From a virus, in IMG/VR virus record IMGVR_UViG_3300037510_000203: 40,688 nt of DNA. One strand, given 5' to 3'. Positions within the stretch are counted from its first letter, which is position 1; each line of letters opens with the position of its first letter. The notes below the pieces were generated by a model. The model worked only from the letters and a program-made list of their open reading frames with translations, had not been told where the DNA came from and ran no database searches. Below, one piece after another: positions 16,107 to 25,243 of the stretch. The position numbers and the translations under genes are program-made.

Positions 16107-16511
16107 ATGCGCAAAGCAACCATCACGTATCACGCCCCTCCGGGCGACGCAAAATTCGTCGAGATGGGCAATGGTGTCCGCCTCGTCGACGGCGAGTCCA
16201 CGGAGATCAGGTCGGATGAAAATCCGCACCTGTTCAAAAAGTTCGAGGCCATCGCCAATGGCCCACCGAGCCAGATGTTCGACGTCGAGGTCGGCGACGA
16301 AGAGAAGGCGCCGGACAAGCCCAAGAATAAGGGCGGCCGGCCGAGCAATGCCGATCTTGCCGAGCGGGCAGAAGCCGAACGCGCCAGGGCTGATGCCGAG
16401 CGGAAAGCTCAGGCCGAGAAGGACAAGGGCAAGGACCCGACTCCGGACAAGGGCCAGGGCGAACAGAACCCGATCGGCTTCACCGGCAGTTCTCCTAAAT
16501 CAGGCGAATAG
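16107..16511 (+). CDS. Virion-module hypothetical protein with K/E/A-rich tail
   Basis: ORF track; RBS AAGGAGCA. Confidence 0.6.
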   Translation: MRKATITYHAPPGDAKFVEMGNGVRLVDGESTEIRSDENPHLFKKFEAIANGPPSQMFDVEVGDEEKAPDKPKNKGGRPSNADLAERAEAERARADAERKAQAEKDKGKDPTPDKGQGEQNPIGFTGSSPKSGE

Positions 16512-16513
16512 TC

Positions 16514-16855
16514 ATGACCGAGTTCAGGACCGCGAACGATCTCGTCTATGAGGTCGCCGGCATCTTAGGCAAGGCGGTTGCAGGCGAAAGCTTGGACCCT
16601 GTTGCCTATGACACGATCGATAGCGCAATCGATCCGGTTCTGGCCGAGGTTTCTGACATCGTCGTCTTTGGCGATCGCGACGAACTTCCAACACGATATT
16701 TCCAGACCTTGGCGCGGCTTGTCGCAGTGCACGCCGCGTCCAAGTTCTCGAATGTCCCGGTGGATCTGAACGCGGTGGACCAGCACGAGAACAGGTTACG
16801 CTTTCTCGCGGCGCAGGCTCCATCCTATGAGCCTCTCAGGGCCGAGTATTACTGA
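16514..16855 (+). CDS. Putative head-completion/adaptor protein (P22 gp4 position)
   Basis: Gene order, directly before the gp10-like gene. Confidence 0.4.
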   Translation: MTEFRTANDLVYEVAGILGKAVAGESLDPVAYDTIDSAIDPVLAEVSDIVVFGDRDELPTRYFQTLARLVAVHAASKFSNVPVDLNAVDQHENRLRFLAAQAPSYEPLRAEYY

Positions 16856-18271
16856 ATGACTGCGGTTCCGCTGCCGCTGCTCTCCGCGCCGGGACGACAT
16901 CCCCAAGCGGCTGGCGGGCGGCTCCTCAACGTTATCGTGGAGCAATTGGCGGACACTGCAGGCTCGAAATACGTCTACTGGCGGGCGCCTGGCCTGTCAT
17001 CGTTCGGAACGACCCAAAACGCCGTTCCTCGCGGTCAATTGGCAGTCGGAAACACGCTCTATACCGTGGTCGGAACCAAGGTCTTCACATCGACCGCGGC
17101 GGGAGGCGCTGCAACGACGCTCGGCGGGACGCTTCCGGGAACGACCGGCGTGTTCATGGCCCGCAACAATGCGGCGACGCCCGATGTGGTCATTGTTGCA
17201 CCTGGCGATGGTGCATTCATCATCTCGGGTGGAGCGGTCGTCAACTATCCGGATGCCGATGTCGGCCAGCCAAATTCGGTCGTGTTCCTGGGTGGATATT
17301 TCGTGTTCACCTATGGCGACGGTAAGACCCGCACGTCAGGCATCAACTCGACGAGCGTCAATCCAACCGATGTGGCGACGGCCGAACAGAAGCCGGACAC
17401 GCTTTACCGCCCGATCCCGCTCGGCAATGGTCAGTTGTTGCTTTGCGGGTCAACGAGCATCGAGGTCTGGGGCGGTCTCAACACGACGGGTTACCCGTTC
17501 AGCTACATTGCGACCATCCCGCGCGGTATTGTCGGGCCCTACGCTATCGCAGGCCATGAGGACGGATTCGGCCGCGGCATCTTCCTGGTCGGAGACGATT
17601 TCGGGGTGTCGACGCTTAACGGTTACGCCACGGTCAAGATATCATCTCCTGATGTCGACAGGGCTATCGAAGGGACTGCGGACAAGACGTCAATTCGCTG
17701 CTCGGTCTTCATTGCTGGTGGCCATTCCTACGTTGCGGTGCAGGCCCCATTATGGTGCTGGGTTTACGACGTCGGCATGCAGACATGGCATGAGCGGCAG
17801 AGCTATCTGCAGCAGTTCTGGCGCGTCGCCTACCCGGTGAAGGCGTTCGAGAAGTGGCTGTGCACCGATCTTCTGACCGGAAATATCGGCCAGATCGTTG
17901 CCTCGGTGCAGGACGAGTTCAGCACGCCGGTTCGGATGCGGATTGAAACCGGACCGTTCGGGGCATTCCCGGCGCCGATCAGGATCAACACGATCGAGCT
18001 CTATCTGACCAAGGGCGTCGGTATCGCATCAGGCGTGGATCCGGTGCAGACCGATCCGGACATTGAGGTCTCGGTATCGCGCGACGGCGGACAGACCTGG
18101 AGCAACCCAAGAGTGCTGAAGGTGGGCAAGCAGGCCATTACTGACGGCCGGGTTAGGTCGCACATCTGGGGACAGGCCGACGTGCAGGGCGTGCGATGGC
18201 GGTTTGACTGTTCGAGCAACGTTCCCTTGGGCTTCATGAGCGCGGACATGAAAGCGGATGGGCTGAGGTAA
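16856..18271 (+). CDS. P22 gp10-like packaged-DNA stabilization / tail hub protein
   Basis: 471 aa (P22 gp10 is about 472). Colinear resemblance by eye: LLNV...YWRAPGL, LYTVVG.K, CGSTSIEVWGG, C-terminal VRWRF. Confidence 0.6.
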   Translation: MTAVPLPLLSAPGRHPQAAGGRLLNVIVEQLADTAGSKYVYWRAPGLSSFGTTQNAVPRGQLAVGNTLYTVVGTKVFTSTAAGGAATTLGGTLPGTTGVFMARNNAATPDVVIVAPGDGAFIISGGAVVNYPDADVGQPNSVVFLGGYFVFTYGDGKTRTSGINSTSVNPTDVATAEQKPDTLYRPIPLGNGQLLLCGSTSIEVWGGLNTTGYPFSYIATIPRGIVGPYAIAGHEDGFGRGIFLVGDDFGVSTLNGYATVKISSPDVDRAIEGTADKTSIRCSVFIAGGHSYVAVQAPLWCWVYDVGMQTWHERQSYLQQFWRVAYPVKAFEKWLCTDLLTGNIGQIVASVQDEFSTPVRMRIETGPFGAFPAPIRINTIELYLTKGVGIASGVDPVQTDPDIEVSVSRDGGQTWSNPRVLKVGKQAITDGRVRSHIWGQADVQGVRWRFDCSSNVPLGFMSADMKADGLR

Positions 18272-18549
18272 TGCCAAAGGTCACGCTGCCAGGCCAAAAC
18301 GAGCCGCTCGTCCTCGAGGGCGGCCTGATCAATCCTGTCTGGTACGAAAAGCTGATCGCGCTCGCCAAGGTCGTGAACAGCGGTTTGATGGGCGCCATTG
18401 ACGTCGAGCTTACGGGCCCCGCGCAGCAAGGTCAGTTTCTGGTCTACCGCTCGGCCAACGGCAAGTTTGTGCTTGAGCCGCCCGTTTCCCCGACGGTCGG
18501 CCAAACTCTCGTGTGGGACGCCGCCAATCAACAATGGACCGCGGTATAA
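18271..18549 (+). CDS. Virion-module hypothetical protein (92 aa)
   Basis: ORF track; ATG overlaps the upstream stop. Confidence 0.6.
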   Translation: MPKVTLPGQNEPLVLEGGLINPVWYEKLIALAKVVNSGLMGAIDVELTGPAQQGQFLVYRSANGKFVLEPPVSPTVGQTLVWDAANQQWTAV

Positions 18550-18551
18550 GC

Positions 18552-18965
18552 ATGGCCCCATATCCTCCATTCAAGCCTGGAAATACACTCGACACGCCAC
18601 TTTCTCAGCTTGGGGAAATGGCGTTCAGAAATTGGGTCCAGCAAAACAGAGTCCCATTTGATCCAAATACTCCAGGCCCAACTGACTATGACATGCGGGG
18701 ATATTATCAGGGATTACAGCAGGGTAATCCGATGGCTCGCCCTACCGAGGTGAACCCCAACGATAGCCAACTGCACTATCCGGATTATTACAAAACTCCG
18801 CTGCATTCTTCGTTCTCAAGTGAGAGCCAGTGGGCCGGACCTAACGCGCCATCATGGATCAATGATAGCCAACTCGTTGCGCCGAACGGCCGCATCATGT
18901 TTGACGAACAGAACCAGCCGGCTCCAAACAGCTTAGCCGCGCTAGCTCGAAGCTTCACGAGGTAA
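18552..18965 (+). CDS. Virion-module hypothetical protein (137 aa)
   Basis: Start MAPYPPFKPG, immediately after the upstream stop. Confidence 0.6.
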   Translation: MAPYPPFKPGNTLDTPLSQLGEMAFRNWVQQNRVPFDPNTPGPTDYDMRGYYQGLQQGNPMARPTEVNPNDSQLHYPDYYKTPLHSSFSSESQWAGPNAPSWINDSQLVAPNGRIMFDEQNQPAPNSLAALARSFTR

Positions 18966-18968
18966 TAC

Positions 18969-19760
18969 ATGGCAGGCTTTTTCGATACCCTGTTCGGCGG
19001 CGGTGCCGAGAAGGAAGCAGCGGATAAAAACCGCGCGCTCTACTCCCAATATGGCACCCTTGGCTCTGGCTATCTCGATAAGGGATTTGCCGGCTCCAAA
19101 GATGCCCTCGGCCAGGCCAAAAGCGAATACGACGCGCTCAACCCCACCTATACCGGCGCGCTCACCATGCTGGGCAACGCCTACGGGCTGAACGGGGCAG
19201 CTGGCACGCAGGCTGCGCAGTCCTCGTTCACGTCATCTCCCTACGCTGGCTTGGGAGAGCAGGCCGGCCTGGATGCGATCAGCCGCCAGCGGGCCGCAAC
19301 GGGCATGCTGGATAGCGGAAACGCCAACATCGACTATCTCAACTTCGCGCAGAAGAACACGAACGATCAATACAACAACTGGCTGCAGGGCCTCACGGGC
19401 TTGAGCAACAACGCGTTGACCGTGGCCGGCGCGAAATCCGGCGTGGATACCGGGCTTGCCAATCTCTATCAGACCGACGCGACCAATCGTGTTGGTCTGC
19501 AGGGCAACGTGACGTCGGGTGACGCCAATGCGAACGTGCTGCAGGCACAGGGCGAGGCAGCCGGCGCGAAGAACCTGCTCGGTGCCGGGTTATCTCTGGC
19601 TTCACTGGCAGCTGGCGGCGGTTTGGGCGGCCTCGGAGGCGGCTTGGGCTCTATGCTCGGCGGCGCTGGTGGGATGGGCTCTGCTCTCGGCGGCATGGGG
19701 GTGACCTATGGGATGCCAGGCACGAAGGGCAGCAATCTGTTTGGTCCGACGGCACCTTGA
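18969..19760 (+). CDS. Gly-rich internal virion/ejection-type protein (putative)
   Basis: C-terminal GGGLGGLGGGLGSMLGGAGGMGSALGGMG; position matches the P22 ejection-protein block. Confidence 0.5.
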   Translation: MAGFFDTLFGGGAEKEAADKNRALYSQYGTLGSGYLDKGFAGSKDALGQAKSEYDALNPTYTGALTMLGNAYGLNGAAGTQAAQSSFTSSPYAGLGEQAGLDAISRQRAATGMLDSGNANIDYLNFAQKNTNDQYNNWLQGLTGLSNNALTVAGAKSGVDTGLANLYQTDATNRVGLQGNVTSGDANANVLQAQGEAAGAKNLLGAGLSLASLAAGGGLGGLGGGLGSMLGGAGGMGSALGGMGVTYGMPGTKGSNLFGPTAP

Positions 19761-19773
19761 TGGATAAAAAATA

Positions 19774-21090
19774 ATGGTCGCTCAGCTTCAGCTTCCGTCG
19801 TCTCAGGCTCTCACACCCTCTGTCGACTGGACGCCGCTTGCCCAGCTCGGGCAGGTCTATCAGAAGGCTCAGGCGGAAAGCGCGGTCAAGGACGCGCTCA
19901 GCCAGGGCTTCGACGCGAACAACCCGCAGAGCCTCGCTTCGCTGGCGACCAAGGTGCTGCCCTACAACAACACGATGGGCTTGTCTCTTTCGCAGCTTGC
20001 GAGCACAGCGGCCAACACGCAGTATCAGCACGGGCGCGACACGATTGCCGACCAGTGGCGCGCGCAGGAAGCGGCGAGGGCACAACAGAACGCAGATCGC
20101 TCCTATGGATTGCAGGAGAAGGGTTTCAGCCTTCAGCAGCGTGCCGCGGATCGAGCCGATCAGACGCCGGAAGAAAAAGCGGCCGAGCGTGCCAAGGCTG
20201 CGCAGGCTTATGGGATTGATCCGAACTCGCCGGAAGGCAAGCAATTCGTGCTGACCGGTGCGTTGCCGACCAGCACGCCAGAACAGACTGCTACGCAGCG
20301 CGCCGCCGTTGCCAGACAATACGGCGTCGACCCGACTACACCAGAAGGAAAGCAGTTCATCCTGACCGGTGCCCTGCCTGATCGTGAGAAGTCGCTCACC
20401 AGCGTCATTGAGCAGCGCAAGGCCGCTGCCACGGCAAACGGGCTCGACCCGAACTCGCCCGGCTATCAGAGCTTCGTGCTGACCGGGAAGATGCCGCGCG
20501 AGGATGCTCAGCCGCTCACGGCGACAGACAAGAAAGCCGTGCTCGAGGCGGACGAAAAGGTGCAGGGCGGCCAGCAGGTCATTCAGAACCTGCAAAAAGC
20601 AAAGCTGCTTTCGAAACAGTCATTCTCGGGCCCCGCGGCGGGAACCCGTGGCTATGCCGCAAGCTTCCTCGGCGAGTCCAGCGATCTTGGCAAGGCCGGT
20701 ATCGCAACGACCGATATGAACAACCTGGTGACATCAAACGCGCTGCAGCAACTGAAGACGATCTTTGGCGGCAACCCGACAGAAGGCGAGCGGGCCATTC
20801 TACTTGATATCCAGGGGTCAGCCAGCCAGCCCGACGCCGTGCGGCAGAAAATCTTTGATCGCGCTATCGATGCCGCAAACAAGCGGCTCCAGTTCGAGCA
20901 GCAGCGCGCCGACGAGCTCCGCGGCGGCACCTTCTACAAGAAGGATGGCGGCACCTCAAAGGCCACGACCCAGCCAACTAGCGCAAACGGCGTTCCGGCG
21001 CCGCCGGCCATTGGCGAGGTCCGCAGCGGTTACAGGTTCAAGGGCGGTAATCCCGGCGACCCGACGAGCTGGGTGCAGGTGACCGAGTAA
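19774..21090 (+). CDS. Internal virion protein with a triplicated repeat of roughly 29-30 aa (putative)
   Basis: Three copies of G(I/V/L)DP..P....F(V/I)LTG..P between aa 137 and 241. Confidence 0.55.
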   Translation: MVAQLQLPSSQALTPSVDWTPLAQLGQVYQKAQAESAVKDALSQGFDANNPQSLASLATKVLPYNNTMGLSLSQLASTAANTQYQHGRDTIADQWRAQEAARAQQNADRSYGLQEKGFSLQQRAADRADQTPEEKAAERAKAAQAYGIDPNSPEGKQFVLTGALPTSTPEQTATQRAAVARQYGVDPTTPEGKQFILTGALPDREKSLTSVIEQRKAAATANGLDPNSPGYQSFVLTGKMPREDAQPLTATDKKAVLEADEKVQGGQQVIQNLQKAKLLSKQSFSGPAAGTRGYAASFLGESSDLGKAGIATTDMNNLVTSNALQQLKTIFGGNPTEGERAILLDIQGSASQPDAVRQKIFDRAIDAANKRLQFEQQRADELRGGTFYKKDGGTSKATTQPTSANGVPAPPAIGEVRSGYRFKGGNPGDPTSWVQVTE

Positions 21091-23192
21091 TGGCAGGACC
21101 TTGGGAGGCGTTCCAATCCGGATCCAGCCCATCTCCGGTAACGGAGGGGCCGTGGTCGTCCTATCGGCCAGTTGCGCCTGCAGAGGCCACGCCGGCCGAT
21201 ACACGCCCGGATCGCGGTGCACTGGATGCGGCCGCTCGCGGTGCGGCGCAAGGCTTCACGGCGAATTTCAGCGACGAAATGCGCGGCCTGGTCGAGGCCG
21301 GCGGCGCCAATCCAGACGATCCGGCCAGCCTGTCAAAGCTGTTGACCGGTGCGCTCAAATACTGGACCGGAGATCAGGACGCCAAGAAGCGATATGACGA
21401 GGCAGTCAAGCGCGAGCGCGAGCTGAACAAGACCGCAGAGGATCAGCATGGGGTCGCCTCGACTGTCGGCGCGCTCGGCGGTGCCTTGGCCCTACCGATC
21501 GGTGTAGGCGCACAGGCCGCGACATTACCAGGACGCATGGCGGCTGGAGCGGCTACCGGTGCCGCCTTCGGAGGCGTGGCCGGAGTCGGATCGGGTGAAG
21601 GTGCGGCTGATAGCTTGGCGCGGGGCGCTATTGGCGCGGCCGGCGGTGGCATTCTGGGCGCCGCGGCGCCAGCCGTGATTGAAGGTGCCATCCAGGGCGG
21701 ACGAGCCATTGCAACCCCTGTCGCCAACGCCGTTCGTGGCATCCGCGATCCCGAGGGCGAGGCCGCCAGGCGCGTCGCTGTGGCGCTGGAACGGGACACG
21801 GCGGCCGATCCCGGCGCTGTCTCTCGCCTGACCCCTGCCGAGCTTGCGGCCAGCAACCAGTCCGGCGGCCCGGCTATGGTGATGGATCTCGGTGGCGAAA
21901 CTACCCGAGGGCTAGCCCGCTCTGCTGCGAATACCTCACCAGAGGGCAGGGGCGTTCTCAACCGAGCTATTGACGATCGCTTTGAGGGTCAAACCGATCG
22001 CGTCAATACATGGCTGCGCGACACCTTTCACTATCCAGATGCCGACGCACAGCAACAGGCGATCGAGCAGGTTTCTAAAAACATCAACCGGCCGGCTTAT
22101 GCGAAGGCATATCAGGATGGTAATCGGGAAATCATGACGCCGGGCATGCAGGATTTGCTCGGCTCGCCGGCTGTTGTGGATGCCATGCAGAAGGCGGCCC
22201 GGAGCGGTAAGGACCGCGCTATCACGCAGGGTTATGGAGCGTTCAATCCCGGCGTGACAGTCGAAAACGGCGTTGTGAACTTTCGTAAGGGGCAAAGCGG
22301 CGCTCCGACCTATCCCAACCTCGCATTCTGGGATGCGACAAAACGAGAGTTGGATGATGCAGCAAAGGCCGCAGCTCGGCGTGGAGAAACTGGCCAAGCT
22401 GGTGTCCTCGGCGATCTCGCCAAAAAGCTTCGAGGAGAGCTCGACACTGAGGTTTCCAGCTATGCAGGCGCTCGCGCTGGCGCAGCTCAGTTCTTCGGGG
22501 CCGAAAATGCATTAGAGGCAGGGCAAAAGTTCGTCACGCAGAACTTTGCGGCAAGCGAAACGCGCCGCGCGCTATCAAAAATGTCTCCGCAGGAGCGGCA
22601 GCTATTCCAGGACGGCTTTGTATCTCGCTTTATCGACACGCTCAATCAGGTCGGTGATCGGCGTACCATCGTCAATAAAATTGCGGAATCGCCTGCGGCT
22701 AGAGAAAAGCTACGGATCGCGCTTGGGCCTCAGAAGGCTGACCAGCTTGAGGCCGGTCTCCGGGTCGAGGGCATCATGGATCTCGCCCGCAGCGCCGTGC
22801 AGGGCAATTCGACGACCGCGCGCCAGCTCGCCGAGCTTGGGCTGGCCGGAGGTGCTGGAGCTCTCGGCAACGGCCTCGATTTCAATACCGTGCATCCATC
22901 GGCCTTGATGACCGCGGCTCTGGTCTATGGCGCCGCTCGAGGCAAAGGCCGGATCAATGAGAACGTGGCGCGGCAGGTTGCGAACCTGCTGACGTCTCGA
23001 GATCCTGCCGTCGTATCCCGCGGCATGCGGATGGTCGCTAACAACCAGACGCTGCTCGGATCGCTGAGGGCGGCTGATCAGGGTCTCGCCAGGATCGGAA
23101 GTTCCGAAGCTCCATCCCTCCCGTTCGTGCCGGCGATGAATCCAAGCCGCGCCGACAATCAACCAGACGCCAATCGGCCATCCGGCCAGTGA
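21090..23192 (+). CDS. Large Gly/Ala-rich internal virion/ejection protein (putative)
   Basis: 700 aa; ATG overlaps the upstream stop. No enzymatic motif seen. Confidence 0.55.
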   Translation: MAGPWEAFQSGSSPSPVTEGPWSSYRPVAPAEATPADTRPDRGALDAAARGAAQGFTANFSDEMRGLVEAGGANPDDPASLSKLLTGALKYWTGDQDAKKRYDEAVKRERELNKTAEDQHGVASTVGALGGALALPIGVGAQAATLPGRMAAGAATGAAFGGVAGVGSGEGAADSLARGAIGAAGGGILGAAAPAVIEGAIQGGRAIATPVANAVRGIRDPEGEAARRVAVALERDTAADPGAVSRLTPAELAASNQSGGPAMVMDLGGETTRGLARSAANTSPEGRGVLNRAIDDRFEGQTDRVNTWLRDTFHYPDADAQQQAIEQVSKNINRPAYAKAYQDGNREIMTPGMQDLLGSPAVVDAMQKAARSGKDRAITQGYGAFNPGVTVENGVVNFRKGQSGAPTYPNLAFWDATKRELDDAAKAAARRGETGQAGVLGDLAKKLRGELDTEVSSYAGARAGAAQFFGAENALEAGQKFVTQNFAASETRRALSKMSPQERQLFQDGFVSRFIDTLNQVGDRRTIVNKIAESPAAREKLRIALGPQKADQLEAGLRVEGIMDLARSAVQGNSTTARQLAELGLAGGAGALGNGLDFNTVHPSALMTAALVYGAARGKGRINENVARQVANLLTSRDPAVVSRGMRMVANNQTLLGSLRAADQGLARIGSSEAPSLPFVPAMNPSRADNQPDANRPSGQ

Positions 23193-23217
23193 GATAGCAG
23201 CAACACACCAGACCAAC

Positions 23218-23246
23218 AGGGCCGCCGGGTAGGGCGGCCTTTTTTG
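23218..23246 (+). terminator. Rho-independent terminator immediately upstream of the tail-fibre gene
   Basis: GGCCGCC (23220-23226) / GGCGGCC (23233-23239) stem, then TTTTTT. Eleven nt later is the ATG at 23257. Confidence 0.7.
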
Positions 23247-23256
23247 TGGGGAATCG

Positions 23257-24315
23257 ATGATCAAGCGAATTATCCTAGGCTTTGCGGCCTTTACCTTTGC
23301 CACGATAGCACATGCCGCAGGCACCATTCCAGGGTTCTCCCTGACGCCGCAGTTCGACAATTTCGGCAAGGTGATGCCGGGATGCAAGCTTTTTGTCATC
23401 CAGGCGGGCACAACGGCAACGCCGCAAAATGCCTATCAGGACAGCGCGCTCACCATCCCTCTGCCGAATCCCTTAACCTGTGATGCATCAGGCCGTCTGC
23501 CGCAGTTCTTCCTTGCCGATGGACTGATCAAGATTCGCCTGACCAATGCGGCCGGCACACAGCAGTTGGCGTCGGACAATCTGCTCGTTATCGGTCCAAG
23601 CACGGGTGGCGGTGGTGGCGGCGGTGGCACCGTCGATCCAACTACGATCTTCACCACCGGCGACATCAAGACGGCCTATGGCACCGGGACGATTACCGGC
23701 TGGGTTCGTGCCAATGGGCGGTCGATCGGCTCGGCAATATCAGGCGCGTCAGAGCGCGCAAATGCGGATACGCAAGCGCTTTTTGTGTGGCTATGGAATA
23801 ACGATTCCACCCTGATTGTTAACAATGGAGGACGCGGCGCGAGTGCCGCCGCAGATTGGGCCGCGAACAAGGTTATCAACCTGCCCGATTATCGGGGCCG
23901 TACCGAAGCCGGCGTTGACGATATGGGCGGCGGGGATGCCGCCAGGCTCGGTGGTGGTTCTCTGGCGGGATGCCGTTTCTCCCTTGGCTGTGCTGGCGGC
24001 GAGAGCACGCATACGCTGCTCGCGAGTGAAATCCCTCAGATTACGTCGGCAAATGGCTCTCAGGCCCTCTCGCTGTCGCCACCGGCGGGTCAGAGCTTTG
24101 CGGCTATCTCCAGCGGTTTTACGATTTCATCGATTCAAGTTGGTGCCGCTGGCGCAGGAACGAATTGGGCTCCCATTACGGGAGGCAACGTCTGGGGCGC
24201 GCAGAATGTCGTCTCCGGTAGTAACTCGATTTCAGTGACGTCCAACAACACTGGAGGGTCGACTCACAACAACATGCAGCCGACCATTCTCGTTACCAAG
24301 TATATAAAATTGTGA
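23257..24315 (+). CDS. Tail fibre protein with phage tail-collar domain
   Basis: FVIQAGTTATPQNAYQDSALT fibre N-domain pattern, G8 linker, collar motif GWVRANGRSI...INLPDYRGRT. The N-terminus looks like a Sec signal peptide. Confidence 0.8.
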   Translation: MIKRIILGFAAFTFATIAHAAGTIPGFSLTPQFDNFGKVMPGCKLFVIQAGTTATPQNAYQDSALTIPLPNPLTCDASGRLPQFFLADGLIKIRLTNAAGTQQLASDNLLVIGPSTGGGGGGGGTVDPTTIFTTGDIKTAYGTGTITGWVRANGRSIGSAISGASERANADTQALFVWLWNNDSTLIVNNGGRGASAAADWAANKVINLPDYRGRTEAGVDDMGGGDAARLGGGSLAGCRFSLGCAGGESTHTLLASEIPQITSANGSQALSLSPPAGQSFAAISSGFTISSIQVGAAGAGTNWAPITGGNVWGAQNVVSGSNSISVTSNNTGGSTHNNMQPTILVTKYIKL

Positions 24316-24346
24316 AAATCAGGATCATCCCTGCGAGGGCAAAATA

Positions 24347-24718
24347 ATGTACAGGGGTCAAATCGCAGAAATCTCCAATCGCTCCGATTGGATCGCACCG
24401 TTTTTTGTCCAGTTGGTGGACGATGCCGACGGCTCGATCATCGACATTCTTGACCCTGATATCGCCTTCGATTGCGTCGTCGAGATCGCGGATAATGACT
24501 GTGGCTGGTGGCGGCCGGTCCTGTCTGCCTCGATCGCGAATGGCACTGTCATTGCGGAGGCGGGCGATACGGGGCCGGGATTTCAGTGGAGCTTCCTGGA
24601 AGAGCAGTTGAGATGCCTCTGTCCCGGAACATACAAGTTCGGGATCAAGACCACAACGAACGGTGAGGTCAACGATATCATGGTCGGCACAATTGTCGTG
24701 ATCGGGGGCAACTGGTGA
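24347..24718 (+). CDS. Tail-module hypothetical protein (123 aa)
   Basis: ORF track. Confidence 0.6.
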   Translation: MYRGQIAEISNRSDWIAPFFVQLVDDADGSIIDILDPDIAFDCVVEIADNDCGWWRPVLSASIANGTVIAEAGDTGPGFQWSFLEEQLRCLCPGTYKFGIKTTTNGEVNDIMVGTIVVIGGNW

Positions 24719-25242
24719 GCGCACCAATTCTCAAACTTCGGGTTACCCCGAAATTCAAGGCCGCACTGTTCGACGGCACCGGCACGAAAGCCAGGAAAGA
24801 CGGGCTTGCGAGCTATGTCGATCTCGACTTTTCGGCCTTGACGCATCTCGGATCATATGATCCATCCACCCAGCTTTTGATCGCTCAATCTACCATTGAT
24901 GGAACGTTCGGTACAGTGACTATTGCACAGGTGATATCAGGTGCTCAGACCGAGCAGGACATCATCGCTGGTGCCGTTGTGAACGTGGCTGTCAATGATG
25001 GTATGATCAAGATTGCGAAGACGGTTGGATCGGCCACTCAGGTTATTCTACCGCCGGCCTCGACGAAAGTCGGTCCGGTCACGATCAGCGATTTCAAGGG
25101 CGACGCTGGTACGAACAATATCACGGTAACGCTGTCGGGGTCTGACAAATTCCCCGGCAATCTCACTTCATGGGTCATAGCAGGCGATGGCGCCTCGATC
25201 ACTGCAAAGCCTCTCAAAGATGGGTCTGGATATGCGATTTGA
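24715..25242 (+). CDS. Tail-module hypothetical protein (175 aa)
   Basis: ORF track; start overlaps the upstream stop. Confidence 0.6.
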   Translation: MSAPILKLRVTPKFKAALFDGTGTKARKDGLASYVDLDFSALTHLGSYDPSTQLLIAQSTIDGTFGTVTIAQVISGAQTEQDIIAGAVVNVAVNDGMIKIAKTVGSATQVILPPASTKVGPVTISDFKGDAGTNNITVTLSGSDKFPGNLTSWVIAGDGASITAKPLKDGSGYAI

Positions 25243-25243
25243 A

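Noticed and set aside
23605-23628. GGT/GGC run as a possible phase-variable simple repeat
   Set aside because: It is eight in-frame mixed Gly codons, not a homopolymer or a perfect unit repeat. It encodes a G8 linker between fibre domains.
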